From: Octopus sinensis
Lineage: Eukaryota
Length of the DNA stretch: 64,000 nt
Assembly: GCF_006345805.1 (NCBI RefSeq)
Contig: NC_043006.1
Location: forward strand, 1,798,001 to 1,862,000
Reading direction: 5' to 3'
The translations under genes and the position numbers were made by a program. Shown here one piece after another: positions 1-13,159 of this stretch; the first letter of the stretch is position 1, and each line of letters opens with the position of its first letter. The notes under the pieces were generated by a model that ran no database searches, was not told where the DNA came from, and saw only the letters and a program-made list of their open reading frames with translations.

Positions 1-232
1 CTGTGCAGGTGGCATGTAAAAAACACCATTTGAGCATGGCCGTTGCCAGTACCGCCTGACTGGCATGTAAAAGCACCCACTACACTCTTGGAGTGGTTGG
101 CATTAGGAAGGGCATCCAGCTGTAGAAACTCTGCCAGATCCAATTGGAATCTGGTTTGCCAGTCCTCAGTCAAAGAGTCCAACCCATTCCAGCATGGAAA
201 GCAGACGTTAAACGATGATGATGATGATGATG
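1..232 (+). mobile_element. RTE 3'-tail element with (GAT)n end; representative of a very abundant family (other copies e.g. 6277-6525 -, 7975-8316 +, 10213-10710 -, 17290-17557 -, 22346-22642 +, 27110-27627 -, 32588-32770 +, 48730-49308 +, 55355-55612 +, 60110-60450 +, 63535-63750 -)
   Basis: shared motif ggagtggttggcgttaggaagggcatccagctgtagaaa...catgctagcatggaaagcggacgttaaacgatgatgat; the same motif terminates the RTE LINE at 57650-59420. Confidence 0.85.
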
Positions 233-297
233 AAATAAATCGAATGCCAATACCTGTACATCAGTATAAATGATACAAGTTTATTAATACTGTGCTG

Positions 298-595
298 TGG
301 AGGCACGTGGCTTAGTGGTTAGGGTGTTGGACTCACAACTGTAAGATTGTGGTTTCAATTCCTGGACCAGGTGATGTGTTATGTTCTTGAACAAAACACT
401 TCATTTCACGCTGCTTTAGTCCACTCAACTGTGGAAATGAGTCCCACTAGTGGAGGCAGGTCGTTGAATGGTGAGGGTGTTGGATTTACAACTGTAAGAT
501 CCTGGGTTTGATGCCTGGACCAGGTGATCCATTGTGTTCTCCAGGAAAATACTTCATTTTACATCGCTCCAGTCCACTCAGCTGTAGAAATGAGT
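298..595 (+). mobile_element. Two tandem tRNA-derived SINE heads (related copies near 20112, 50600 and, on the minus strand, 63900-64000)
   Basis: A-box-like tggcttagtggttag, B-box-like ggtttcaattcc, followed by tgttcttga..aaacacttcatttcac. Confidence 0.7.
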
Positions 596-1240
596 TTAGC
601 TTGGAGAGGGATTGGGCTCTGCTAGGTTTTCTTGCCCTAGATACACTGCATGGCTGCAGTGCCTTAACAACCCTCAAGGGGTTAAGGGACTTGTCAGTTG
701 TCAACTGTGCAAGGTACTCTTCTGTCCAAGGTATTAGTAACCTAGTCATGTGGCTGCTAGACTTTGAAGTTCCTGCTCATAAATCAGTGCAGAACATAAG
801 AGGAGGTTTTGGATCGTCCGTGTCTGGAAAAATTGGTCATTGTACCTGTAATACGCAAGTAATACACATTGTTGAATAATATTGATTTGTAACACAAACC
901 AATCCAGGATAATGCATTGGCAGAACTGTATATCAGCAAAGAACAGAAACTAGTATTTTGCAAACAAAATGTTTTGCTATACTTGTTCTTCACAGAGTTA
1001 CAGACACTCCCTTATTAATGTTACTATCAGAAATACAGTGAATCGGCTGATTTCAAACCTGTGACCAACAAAATATAAGTTAAAAAAAAAAAAGCCCATA
1101 CTAACATTATTCAATAATTTTGAAGTTAATAATGAGGATAATTAATTCGTAATTATCAATGTCTTTTATTGAAATGAAATTATAAGGATACTTTAATTCG
1201 TGATTATCAATGTCTTTTATTATTGTTTTATGCTTTTCAG

Positions 1241-1329
1241 ATAGAAATCAAGAAAGTTGAAAACAGTATTCGGAACTTAGAACGAGATGCTGAGCAAATT
1301 AAAGAAAGAATTCATGAAATCAAAAACAG
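1241..1329 (+). CDS. SMC6: SMC6 internal exon (first seen in window), N-terminal coiled coil IEIKKVENSIRNLERDAEQIKERIHEIKN(S)
   Basis: ttttcag acceptor, AG|gtataa donor; 89 nt, ends in phase 2 and joins the next exon as AGC; heptad-like composition. Confidence 0.85.
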
Positions 1330-1925
1330 GTATAAACAGCAATGATTTACTCTTTTACTTCTGTAATAGGTGGCTAACAGTTGGCGCTAAATCCGATAAT
1401 TGGCTGTAGATCTAACTGTGGGTGTTATCTCTAAAAATGGCTCTTAGATCTTCCCTATCTCTGTCTCTATTAACAATAAACGGCTGTAACTCAAATAGAA
1501 ACTATCTTGAGTCCTGCTCATTTTTTTTTAATCCCATGCTGGCAGAGAGACTAACCCATCCCACCACTGTGTCCCCTTACACAACTCACCCCACTACCAC
1601 TTAATTCCCTCCCCTCTTACTTCATCCTTACCTTTAACTTTACTCTTCCCTTTCCGCTTTGTCTCTTTTACTCCTACCCTAAAACTGTTCCCTCTGTTAT
1701 TCTCTCCTCCACCATCCTCTCACAATATAATTCCTTCCAGCATGACGTTGTACTTTCACTTTGCCAACTGCAAAGCAACCCTTACACTGATGTCACAAAT
1801 TCCCCTAAAATGCACCTCTGTAAGTAATTGGTAATCGATTCAAGTAGCAGCAATGCAGACCTTAAGAGAGGTCGTTAGTTTTGCTTTGGCAGCAACACCT
1901 CTATAGCATCAGTGCCACAATAACG

Positions 1926-2158
1926 TGGCGAGCTGGCAGAAAGGTTAGCACGCCGGGTGAAATGCTTTGCGGTATTTTGTTTGCCATTATGTTCTGAGTT
2001 CAAATACTGCTGAGGTCGACTTTGCCTTTCATCCTTTCGGGGTCGATAAATTAAGTACCAGTTATGCACTGGGGTCAATGTAATCGACTTAATCTGTTCG
2101 TCTGTCCTTGTTTGTCCTCTCTATGTTTAGCCCCTTGTGGGCAATAAAGAAATAAGTA
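1926..2158 (+). mobile_element. tRNA-derived SINE with Meta/Sauria-like central domain; representative (also 7198-7432 +, 9630-9867 -, 18115-18342 -, 44608-44820 +, 52742-52978 +, 60480-60708 +)
   Basis: ggcgagctggcagaa..gttagca head, gttcaaat B-box, gtcgactttgcctttcatcctttcggggtcgataaa..agtacc core; domain name from recollection of MetaSINE/Sauria consensus, not verified. Confidence 0.75.
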
Positions 2159-3859
2159 TCAGTGCCACAAAAAATTACACTCTGTACTCTTTATAAAGTA
2201 GTTGATGTTTGGAAGGGGCAGCTGGCCATAAAACCCATTTCAAAAATGAGACATCAATACGAAACATGGTCGTCCAACCTCTTGCATCCAGTTGAACCAT
2301 TCTGACGCCAGGCAGCATGGAATATAGATATAAAAATTAGGATGTGTGTCTGTGTGGGTGTATTCAAAGCTGATGATTCATTTTGTTGTTTGTCAGAGTT
2401 TCTTGCTGTGCAATTCTTTGGGTGACCTAAAAAGGAAAAAAGATGGAAATTAGTTTGGAGATTCAGGAATGAGTAAAGACACTGGAGCTTGATGCTGTCT
2501 TCTGGCTCGTTGGCTCCTGTCAAACCATCCAACCCATACCTGCTTCTGCTTCATGCTCTTGCTTGATGATGAGGCTGGGGTCATGCCAGATTAGTGGTCC
2601 CAGATACGTCCTCATGCATAGAGCCAACCAGATTCACCAGTGCTGTCCCATCACTGACTGTCCCATTCCAGCCCCTCTACATCTTCCAAGGTGACACTGA
2701 GCCTCTGGAGACCTTCCCAATCACATTCAGCCATCTGATGCAGGGCCTGCCATGAGGTCTTGTCCAGCCTGCAGCTGCTGCATCGAATAAGAGTAAAGCT
2801 CTGGTCAGATGATCTAGCAGGGTCTGTAACAGCGCATGCAACAGATAGCTACGAGATGGGAGGCTGTGCACTGATATGTGCACACATGCAGGCCTTTGTT
2901 GGAAATGTGATGATACCATCTGATGTTCTCAATGGTTTTCAGGGCTCTGTTATCAAAGTCATTGATCCTTCAAAAAAAATTTAATTCCCTTGATGTGTGA
3001 TAATATTGATTTCAAGTTTTGGCACTCGGCCAGCAATTTCGGGAATGGGGTTAAGTTAATTGCATCAACCCCTGTGCTCAGCAGCTACACATTTTATTAA
3101 CCCCGAAAGGATAAAAGGTATAGTTGACCTCAGTGGGATTTGAACTCAGAACTTAAAGCCATGAAATGTCACTGAGCACTTTGCCCAGCACGGTACCGAT
3201 CCAGCCAGCTTGCCACTAAATGTGGGATAATATTGACAGCATTTTGATTCCTCTTGTGTATGGTCTTTGAAAAGTCATGTCCAAATACTGATAATTTTTA
3301 CTTAATTTTGGAGCTATGGCCAGCATAATAATAATATTAAATCATGTGTTAGCCTCGTCTCTCTCTCTTATATCTCTTCATCATCATCATTTTAACATCC
3401 ACTTTCCCATGCTTGCATAGGTTGGATGGAATTTGTTGTGGCAGATTTTCTATGGCCAGATGCCCTTCCTGTTGCCCACCCTGGCCTGTTTCCAAATAAG
3501 GTAACATTTCCCCATGACCAAACATGTTTTCACAGAAGATTGGAAACAAAGAAAACCACTTACATGACAGTGACACTCAAAACGACTGGGTGCTGTCATG
3601 GCAGAGACAATAACACACAGACACACACGTGTGTTTGTGTGTGTATAGAATGGGCATCTTTCATATTCTTTTATCAAATCCACTCTCAATGCTTCAATCG
3701 CCTGAGGCTGTTGTAGAAGACATTTGCCCAAAGTGCCATACAGTGGGACTGAACCCAAAACCCAAGTGGTTGAGAGACAAACTTCATACCACACAGCCAT
3801 GCTTGCAGCTATGTCTCTGTAGTTAATAAATTAATGTTTTTTTCTTATTTGTGTTTCAG

Positions 3860-4027
3860 CGATGTACAGCAGAACTATGAGGTGGAGAAGCAGAGGCGTG
3901 AGACGAAAATTAAGGTTCTGAAGAGCCGTATTGAAGAATACGAAAAGCAGAAGCATAAGTTTGAGAATCAGGTGGAAACATTTCAAGAAGATGTATCAAA
4001 GTACAAGGACGAAAGGTCTCGCTTTGA
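3860..4027 (+). CDS. SMC6: SMC6 exon, coiled coil DVQQNYEVEKQRRETKIKVLKSRIEEYEKQ...ERSRF(D)
   Basis: gtttcag acceptor, GA|gtaagt donor; phase 2-2; open frame matches ORF 3834..4031. Confidence 0.9.
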
Positions 4028-4038
4028 GTAAGTAGGAA

Positions 4039-4245
4039 ATCATCATCATCATCATCATCACCACCACCACCACCATCATCAATCATCATCACCAACATCA
4101 TCATCAATCATCATCGTCACCACCACTACCATCACCACCATCATCATCATCACCACCATCATCATCACCACCATCACCATCATCATCATCATCATCACCA
4201 CCACCACTATCATTATCATCATCACCACCATCATCATCATCATCA
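4039..4245. repeat. (CAT/CAC)n trinucleotide microsatellite just downstream of an exon donor
   Basis: direct reading. Confidence 0.95.
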
Positions 4246-5666
4246 CTGAAGAGCTGCCCAGGCTCTATGTCCGTTTTGGCTTGGTTTCTATCCCTGGATG
4301 CCCTTCCTAACACCAACCACTTTACAGAGCTTTTAAGCAGCACTGGCACAGGCGCTTTTCATGTGGGACCAGTATGGCTACTTTCTGTGTGGCACCAACA
4401 CAAGTGCTTTTCATGTGGGACCAGTGCCCACTTTATATATTCTAAAATTGGGAGGGAATAGACAGGGAAAGCATGTGATAGACTGGTGTCCTGTTCAGAG
4501 AAACATTTATTTCTTATTCACTTATCATAACAGAGACTAAAGGTAGTTAGGAAATTTACATTGCAGCTATACAGTTATGAGTTCAATCCCATTGTATGGT
4601 GCCCTGGGGTAATTTTTGCTTATTATTGCTTTGTATCAGTCAAAGCGCTGTGACTGGAATATGATCAGCAGAAACTGTAGGAAATTTTGTTTTGGAGATT
4701 TTTTATTTTCCCCTCTCCTGGTAAACTTAATATGTCATCCTGCTTGGCATCATGACCTGGCTGACTCTTGAGTGCCTCTAACAGACTCCATTCTGTTACA
4801 AGCATTCAAATTTGATGTCTGGTCTCAGGATAAATTCCTTCCATCCTACCGTCCTGTCTTTGGAGTAATGGAGACTCTTGAAAAGTTTTATGGTTGTTAC
4901 CCTTACTCCTCCTCTGGCTAAGCTACAGAAAAAGGGGAAAAAAACCTAAGCAGCCTTGAGACAATTTATTTCTACTATCCTTCTTTTTAAAATATTTCAA
5001 TGCTTTGGGCCTTACCAGCTTGGGTTTGGTGAGTCTGTAAATCTAAAGATGCAAGGCTGATTGCTATAATTCCACCCAAGCACTAACCACTCTACTACAA
5101 AAATCCTAAACAGATTAAGCTAAGCAGAATAATGTGACTTTTCCTAGGGTGTGATGACCCTTGACATCAGTGGAATTTAAGTTTATTCTTTTACCTTAAT
5201 CACCATTTTACTTATAGGCTTTTCTAAATATTAACTTTTTTCTTGGTTTTTAACTCTCTCTCTCTTTCTTTCTTTCCTCCCCCTTTGTCTCTTTTGATAT
5301 CATCAATACTCTCACCGCCATCACTATCATCTTCCTCCACCATTATCGTTTTCTTCCTCCTCCTCCCCTCATTATTAATCTCTTTAATCTTAACCATAAT
5401 CATTAACATCACAATGGCCACCATTGTTATTTTAATCATCCCATAATGGCAGAGATTGCCTGGGTCAGCAACTCAGTTTGTATATCTTTATTTGTTTCAA
5501 CCCTGTGTTTTCTAATCTGTGATGTCCGGCCTTCTCTGAGTTTTCTCTGACTTCTGACCAATTGTCTTCTAGTCCCCCAGCTACCCACATAATCTTTTCA
5601 CCTAACATCCATGATTTGTCTTACTGAATTCTTCAAGTTTTTCTCTCTCTTCTTTATTTTCGCCAG

Positions 5667-5845
5667 TACTGAACTAAGAAATATCAAAAGAACTATAGAT
5701 TACAACCAGAGAGAACTGGACAATTTAAAGCTGTCTGTGAAAGACAATTTGAGGAAATACGGTTCTCACATTCCTGACATCATGGCTCACATTGAAATGG
5801 ATTTCAAACGGAAACGATTCCACAGAAAGCCAGTTGGACCTTTAG
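5667..5845 (+). CDS. SMC6: SMC6 exon entering the hinge: TELRNIKRTID...DNLRKYGSHIPDIMAHIE...RFHRKPVGPL(G)
   Basis: cgccag acceptor, G|gtaaat donor; phase 2-1; F..KPVGPLG is the SMC6 hinge-entry motif. Confidence 0.95.
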
Positions 5846-6143
5846 GTAAATAGCTGTGTACTTAACTACTAAATATTTTATCAGTGTTTACTAGATGGAC
5901 CTCTGGTCAGAGTATCAGGTATTGGATGTGATACCTGGGATTGAAATGTTAGTGTGATGTCTTGGTCTAATGTTTTGAATATGATCTCATGATCTAATAT
6001 GTTAGTTTGACCTCAAGGTTTGAAATGTTGGTGTGACATTAGGGTCTGATATTTTGTGTGTGATAGTCATCGAATACATTGGTGGGACATCTTGGTTTCA
6101 TATGTTAGGTGTGAGATGATCTAACATACTGGATGTGTGTGTG

Positions 6144-6175
<32 letters not shown>

Positions 6176-9100
6176 TATATACATACACATATGCACATAT
6201 ATGTGTGTATATATGTATGCCTACATATATTTGTTGTGTTCTTTCTGTTCAACCCTTGATATATGTGTACACAGTGTCATCATCATCATCATTTAACGTC
6301 CGTTTTCCATGCTAGCATGGGTTGGACGTTTCGACCGGGGTCTGGTAAGCCATGGAGGCTGCACCAGGCTCCAGTCTGATCTGGCAGTGTTTCTTCAGCG
6401 GGATGCCCTTCCTAACGCCAACCACTCCGTGAGTATAGTGGGTGTTTTTCACGTGCCGCCGGCACAGGGGCCAGAGCAGGCTGGCAAACGGCCACGATCG
6501 GTTGGTGCTTTTACGTGTCACCGACACTTCAGACAAGTCTAACTGTATGCACTGAGCCTGAAAGATTGCTTGGAGGCACACTGGGCACGTTATATAAATC
6601 TGCCAAATTCTTGTGCCTCTACCGCATGAAACTATTAATAGCTTTGTTTTAAATTGTGTACATGTATATCTATGGCATGGATGTGTGGGTTGTGTGGTAA
6701 GAAGCTTGCTTCCCAATTACATGGTTCTGGGTTCAGTCCCACTGCATGGTATCTTGGGAAGTGTCTTCTACTATTGCCTTGGGCTGACCAAAGTCTTGTG
6801 AGTGGAGATGGAAACTGAAAGAAGCCCATCATATATGTTTGTGGTGGGAGTGTCTCTTTGTCTCTGTCCCCCATCACTGCTTGACAACTGGTGTTCATGT
6901 GTTTAGTCCCTGTAGCTTAGTGGTTTGGCAAGAGAGACTGGTAGAATAGTACCAGGCTCATCAAAAAAATCGGTACTGGGTTGATTAATTCAGCTAAAAA
7001 GTTTTCAACGTAGTGCCCCAACACAGTCACAGTCTAATGACTGAAACAAAGGAAAAAAATAAAAAAGATAAAAGGATGGTGGCTTCAGGCTCAGTGTCCC
7101 TATGCAGCACTTCAGACAAGTATCTGCTACAATACTCATAGGCCAACCGATACCTGTGAGGGAACTTGGTTGGCAGAAAGTGAAAGAAGCTGTGAAAGGC
7201 GGCGAGCTGGCAGAAACGTTAGCACGCCAGGCGAAATGCTTAGCGGTATTTCGTCTGCCACTACGTTCTGAGTTCAAATTCCGCTGAGGTCGACTTTGCC
7301 TTTCATCCTTTCAGGGTCGATTAAATAAGTACCAGTTACGCCCTGGGGTCGATATAATCGACTTAATCCGTTTTTCTGTTCTTGTTTGTCCCATCTGTGT
7401 GTAGCCCCTTGTGGGCAGTAAAGAAACAAGAAAGTGAAAGAAGCCCGTTGTACATGTATGTGTGTGCATGTGTGAATGTTTACAAATTTGCAGTGAGCTA
7501 TGCTTCAACCGGTGATGTTTATTAACATTTCCTGCCGGCAACTCGTCTGCTGGCTCTGCACTTTCAAGTTCTTCTGAAAGTAAAATTCCCTTGCATGAGA
7601 AACACATCAGAGTTGGTGACAAGAGGAGCATTCAGGTATAAACTCCATGCCTCAAATACTGGTTTGCTACTGTGGAGGAAACAGACTTTAGATGAAAGGA
7701 CTGAACAGAAACCATCATCAGTCAACATCTGTGTCCCATGCTGGCAGGCCTGGACAGTTTGACAGCAGCTGGGAGCTTTCCAGGCTCCAATTGTCTGTTG
7801 TGGCTGGCTTCCTACTGCTGGGTGTCCTTCCTAACACCAAACATTTTACAGAGTGTACTGCGTGCTCTCAACATGGCACCAGCACAAGAGCTTCTAATGT
7901 GGAACTGACGTGAGTGCTTTCAACATGGTACTGGCACAAGAAATATGTATATATATAATTGTTTAATTATTGCCAGAGCGGCTAACTGGCTTCCGTGCCA
8001 GTGGCACGTAAAAGGGCACCATTTGAGCGTAATCGTTACCAGCGTCGCCTTACTAGCACCTGTGCTGGTGGCTTGTGTAAAAAGATTCGAGCAAGGTCAT
8101 TGCCAGTACCGCCTGACTGGCCCCCGTGCCAGTGGCACGTAAAGAGCACCCACTACACTCTTGGAGTGTTTGGCGTTAGTAAGGGCATCCAGCTGTAGAA
8201 AGTCTGCCAGATCAAGATTGGAGCCTGGTGCAGCCATCTGGTTCGCCAGCCCTCAGTCAAAATCGTCCAACCCATGCTAGAATGGAAAGCGGACGTTAAA
8301 CGATGATGATGATGATAGACTTGATGACAAAGCAACATCTGAATATTTTAGTATATTTAAAAGTGGACAAAACTTGATACAGATGCAGTGAGAATTAATT
8401 ACCAAGTTGCTAACTTGATTTGCTCTTGTGTGCCCATACTGTGTAATATAAAGTAAAGTTCACTAAATCAGTCAAGACTGTGCTCATCGACAAGGCACTG
8501 GTTCTGAGATTTTTGCCATTGTAGAGATGAATTGGTTGCTGTTTAGCTACAGGTCAACATTGATGGAGCATAATTAGGTTCAAATGAAATTTCATGATCA
8601 CTCCTGTCTTTTTTTCAGTCATAACATCTCCTAGATTACACTCTCTAGATTGTGGTTTAAGACTGCTATTTCTAGCTGTTTAAGCAACCAGGTAGAGGCT
8701 CTCTTATTGTGTCAATGAACGGTTGACACATTTGGTGTTCACGAGAGAATCCATCATGTGTATGTGTGTTTGTCCCCCACCACCGCTTGACAACCAGTGT
8801 TGGTGTGTTTACATCCCTTTAACTTAGCAGTTTGGCAAAAGGGACCAATAGAATAAGTACCAGGCTTTACAAAAGAAAAGTACTAGGGTTGATTCATTCG
8901 ACTAAAAATTCTTCAAGGTAGTGCTCCAACATGGCCACAGTTTAATTACAGAAACAAGTAATATATATTTCTTTACTACCCAAGGGGCTAAATATAGAGG
9001 GGACAAACAAGGACAGACAAAGGGATTGAGTCGATTACATCAACCCTAGTGCGTAACTGGTACTTAATTTATCGACCCTGAAAGGATAAAAGGCAAAGTC

Positions 9101-10783
9101 GACCTCAGCGGAATTTGTTTGCAAGATAAGGAATTTTGAGAGGGGAGGGAGCATTGGAGGTGATCTTGAGTCAGATGATGAAAGATAGTAATGAGAAGGA
9201 TGTGTGATAAGGGGTGGAAGGATAAGCTATTTAAAACTGATAATGTATGTATCAGCAGTGTTAAATTGGTAGGTAACATCACCATCATCATCATCATCAT
9301 CTAACATCTGTTTTCCATGCTGGCATGGGTTGGATGGATTGACAAGAGCTGCACTAGTTTCCAGCCTGATTTGGCTCGGTTTCTACAGCTGGATGTCCTT
9401 CCTAACGCAAACTACTTTATTGTGTGTGTTGGGTTGTTTTTAAAGTGGCACCACACAAGCACTTTTGCATGGCACCAGCACAGATGTTTTTGCATGGCAC
9501 CACACGAGTGCTTTTACATGGCACCAGCACGAGTGCTTTTATGTGGTACTGGCTTGAGTGCTTTTCACTTGGCACCAGCACGGGACTCGTGCAGGCCAAT
9601 TGTCTTCACCAGAGGACACAGCCTTAATACTTCTTATTTGTTTACTGCCCACAAGGGGCTACACATAGAGGGGACAAACAAGGACAGACAAAGGGATTAA
9701 GTCGATTATATTGACCCCAGTGCGTAACTGGTACTTATTTAATTGACCCCGAAAGGATGAAAGGCAAAGTCGACCTCGGTGGAAATTGAACTCAGAATGT
9801 TGCAGCAAACGAAATACCGCTAAGCATTTCGCCCAGCATGCTAACGATTCTGCCAGCTCTCCGCCTTGTACTTCTCACAGCCTTAATACTTCTGCTGTGG
9901 AGGACTTTCACTACTCATTTAATTGTGGACCCCCTTTGTCATAGACGAAAGATGAGGGTTCCATGATTTCTTGCTGAACAACCTTCGAAGATGAATGTGC
10001 TGTACATTAGGTCACTGTCTCCATCAGATTGACGTTGCCTGTACAGATGCACGATGTGCCACTTGTTGAAAGATCATAGAGCAATCTGATGTGTTTCCCT
10101 CAAGAACACAAGGTACCGTTCATCAGGAACCAAAATCACGATTTTGCGATCATGAGTGCAACATCCTTAAACACCAAGCCATGCACCCATTGTAATACAT
10201 GTCTAATCACAATTCATCATCATCATTGTTTAACATCTGCTTTCCGTGCTAGCATGGGTTGGACGGTTCGACCGGGGTCTGGGAAGCCAGGAGGTTGCAC
10301 CAGACTCCAGTCTGATCTGGCAGTGTTTCTACAGCTTGATGCCCTTCCTAATGCCAACCACTCCATGAGTGTAGTGGGTGCTTTTTACGTGCCACCGGCA
10401 CAGGTGCCAGGCGAGGCTGGCAACGGACACGATCGGTTGGTGCTTTTTATGTGCGGGTGTCTTAACTACAATTTCCATTGATTTTTGATGTTGATGTACT
10501 TAACTCAATAGGTCTCCTCAAGCACAGGGTCGAAACGGCGTTTCTTTACTTGCCACCTGCACTGGAGTCAGTCCAGCGGCACTGGCAAAGGCCGAGTGCC
10601 AGTCATAGAATTTGGTTCGATTTCTATTCCGATTTCACTTGCCCCAACAGGTCTTTGCAAGCAGAGTTTAGTGTCCAATGAAGGGAAGTTGGCATGGGTG
10701 CCAGTTGTCAGAACTAAAGAAATTCCCACTGCAGGGATTTCCCTCCAGAGTCTCATTTTAGTACCTTTTCTCTGTTATTTCAG

Positions 10784-10959
10784 GTGAATGGATCAAAGTG
10801 AAGGATCCTCGATGGGCATTGGCGATTGAGGTTTGTCTGAAAAGCCTCATCACTGCATTTTGTGTACACGATCATGATGATTGCAGTCAATTGGAGAAAA
10901 TATTCAGGGAAGTGTCTCCAAAAAGTAAACCCCCATCATTTATAATTAGCCAATTCCAG
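10784..10959 (+). CDS. SMC6: SMC6 hinge exon EWIKVKDPRWALAIEVCLKSLITAFCVHDHDD...PPSFIISQFQ
   Basis: tttcag acceptor, CAG|gtgagt donor; phase 1-0; resembles the SMC6 hinge pattern WALAIE.CL...L.AF.....D. Confidence 0.95.
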
Positions 10960-12049
10960 GTGAGTACAATTTCTTGTGTTCTTTAGGTTAAAGAATGAGG
11001 TCAATTTTTTTATTAAAAAATCCCACACTTATGTTTTTTTAACCTGTTAGCATTTAAACTGGCTGTATCTGACCCAAATATTCTACCTGTTTTATGTTAA
11101 AACTAGTCAGATCCGGCCTCTTACACTTGCCCTACAATGTTATTCTTAAATAAACAAACACATCATCAAAATCATGAAGCTGTGAGATAATGCGTGATTT
11201 ATTCAATATATTGTGAATAAATAAACATTAGGTTTATGAATTTGTTTTACAAGATCCCTTAATGTGAAATCGCATGTTGAAACAGAAATTGTTATATTTC
11301 TGGATGGTCAATTTAAAAAAAAAATTTTTTTTAATTTATTGGTAAAAAAAAAAAAAAAAAATTACCATCCCCAAATATAACTAAATAAGTATTACATTTC
11401 ATAGAAATAAATAAATAGTTGCAGACACAGCTCAAGAGTAGCAACTGCAAGAAAGCTAATGGACAGAATTGGCTTCGTCTTCTATTTTCTAAGTGTATTG
11501 TTCATTCCTGCTTCACCAGGAATCCAACAGAGATGACATTTGACCGATTCCTGCTATTGCAGGAATACAACATAACAGGGTTATGTGTTCCCAGTTGAAT
11601 TCTTGCCAAGATCAACATCAATGCACACTAAGCATTTTCGTCCTCTGTGATACCAATTCCACCAGCTTGCTTCCTCGATGATGACTGGGATGATGATAAT
11701 GATGACTATTATTATTATTTCTGGAGGTGGTAGATTTGCATCATCTTCAGAATGCCAGACAAGATACTTTGCAATATTCAGTTACAACCGTTTCCATACA
11801 AATTCAAATGCCACCAAGTTCAACTTGAGGGTGGGAGTGGGGTCAATATGAAGTACCAGTCAAGTACTATGTTTAATGGTATGGATTACCCAACTCACCT
11901 CAAAACTGCTGGCTTTGTACCTATGTTACAAACCTTTGTTTTCTTCTGGCTTTCCCTGTACACCCAAGCTCAACTCTATGTGCTTTTGTATTATGAATAC
12001 TTTAATATATGTGTAGTGTCTAGTAGTATAGGTAATCCTTTCTACCATA

Positions 12050-12522
12050 GGCAGAAGGCCTGAAATTTGGAGGAGGAGACTAGTCGATTACATTGACCCC
12101 AGTGTTTCACAGGTACTTAATTTATCGACCCTGAAAGGATTAAAAGCAAAATCAACCTCGGTGGAATTTGAACTCAGAATATAGTGGCAGCCGAAATACC
12201 ACTAAGCATTTCACCCAGTGTACTAATGATTTTGCCAGCTTGCAACCTTACTGCTGCTGCTGCTTCTGCTACTACTACTACTACTAATGATAATAATAAT
12301 TTCAAGGCCAGTATATTTATGGCATAATTGCATTGACCCCAGTGTTCATCTGATACATTTTTATTAAGCCTGGAAGAATGAAAAGCAAAGTTGACATTAG
12401 TAGCATTTGAACTCAGAATCTCGAGCCCTGGATGAAATGCACACTAAACGTTTTCGTCCACTGTGCTACCAATTCCACCAGCTTGCTTCCTTGATGATGA
12501 CTGGAACGATAATGATGATGAC

Positions 12523-12567
<45 letters not shown>

Positions 12568-13015
12568 AGGTGGTAAGCTGGTAGAATCATTATCATGCTG
12601 GACAAAATGCTTAGTGGATTTCGTCTGTCCTTACATTATGAGTTCAAATCCCACCAAGGTTGACTTTGCCTTTCATGCTTTTGGGGCCGATGAAATAAGT
12701 ACCAGTTGAGCACTGGGGGTCGATGTGATCGACTGGCACCCTCCTCCAAATTTCAGGTCTTGGTGCCTGAAGTAGAAAGGATGTTTATTATTATTATTAC
12801 TAGGGTGGTGAGCTGGCGGAACTGTTAGCATGCCAGGCAAAATGCACAGTGGTATTTCATCTGTCTTAACGTTCTGAGTTCAGATTCTGCTGAGGTCAAC
12901 TTTGCCTTCCACCCTTTTGGGGCCAATAATATAAGTAGCAGTTGAGCACTGGGTTTTATGTAATTGATGTCATCCCTCCCCTGAAATTTTTAGCCTAGTG
13001 CCAAAATTTAAAACT
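12050..13015. mobile_element. Cluster of four Meta-like SINE copies: two minus (about 12050-12490) then two plus (about 12568-13015)
   Basis: gaaaggat.aaagcaaa..caacctc on the left; gactttgcctttcat on the right; boundaries approximate. Confidence 0.75.
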
Positions 13016-13132
13016 GTTCTTGTTGTTGTTGCTGTAGTAGTAGAAATCAGTCTTAAATAAATAAATTAATCATTATTATTATTATTATTATCTCGCTTGC
13101 TATTTACTCACCGTATTTTCTTTTTCTTTCAG

Positions 13133-13159
13133 TCACATCTTTATGATGTTTCTAAGAAT
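13133..13159 (+). CDS. SMC6: SMC6 27-nt microexon SHLYDVSKN
   Basis: long pyrimidine tract ending ttctttcag, gtaagt donor; phase 0-0; supplies the YDV motif expected between ...SQF and the YPT segment. Confidence 0.85.
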
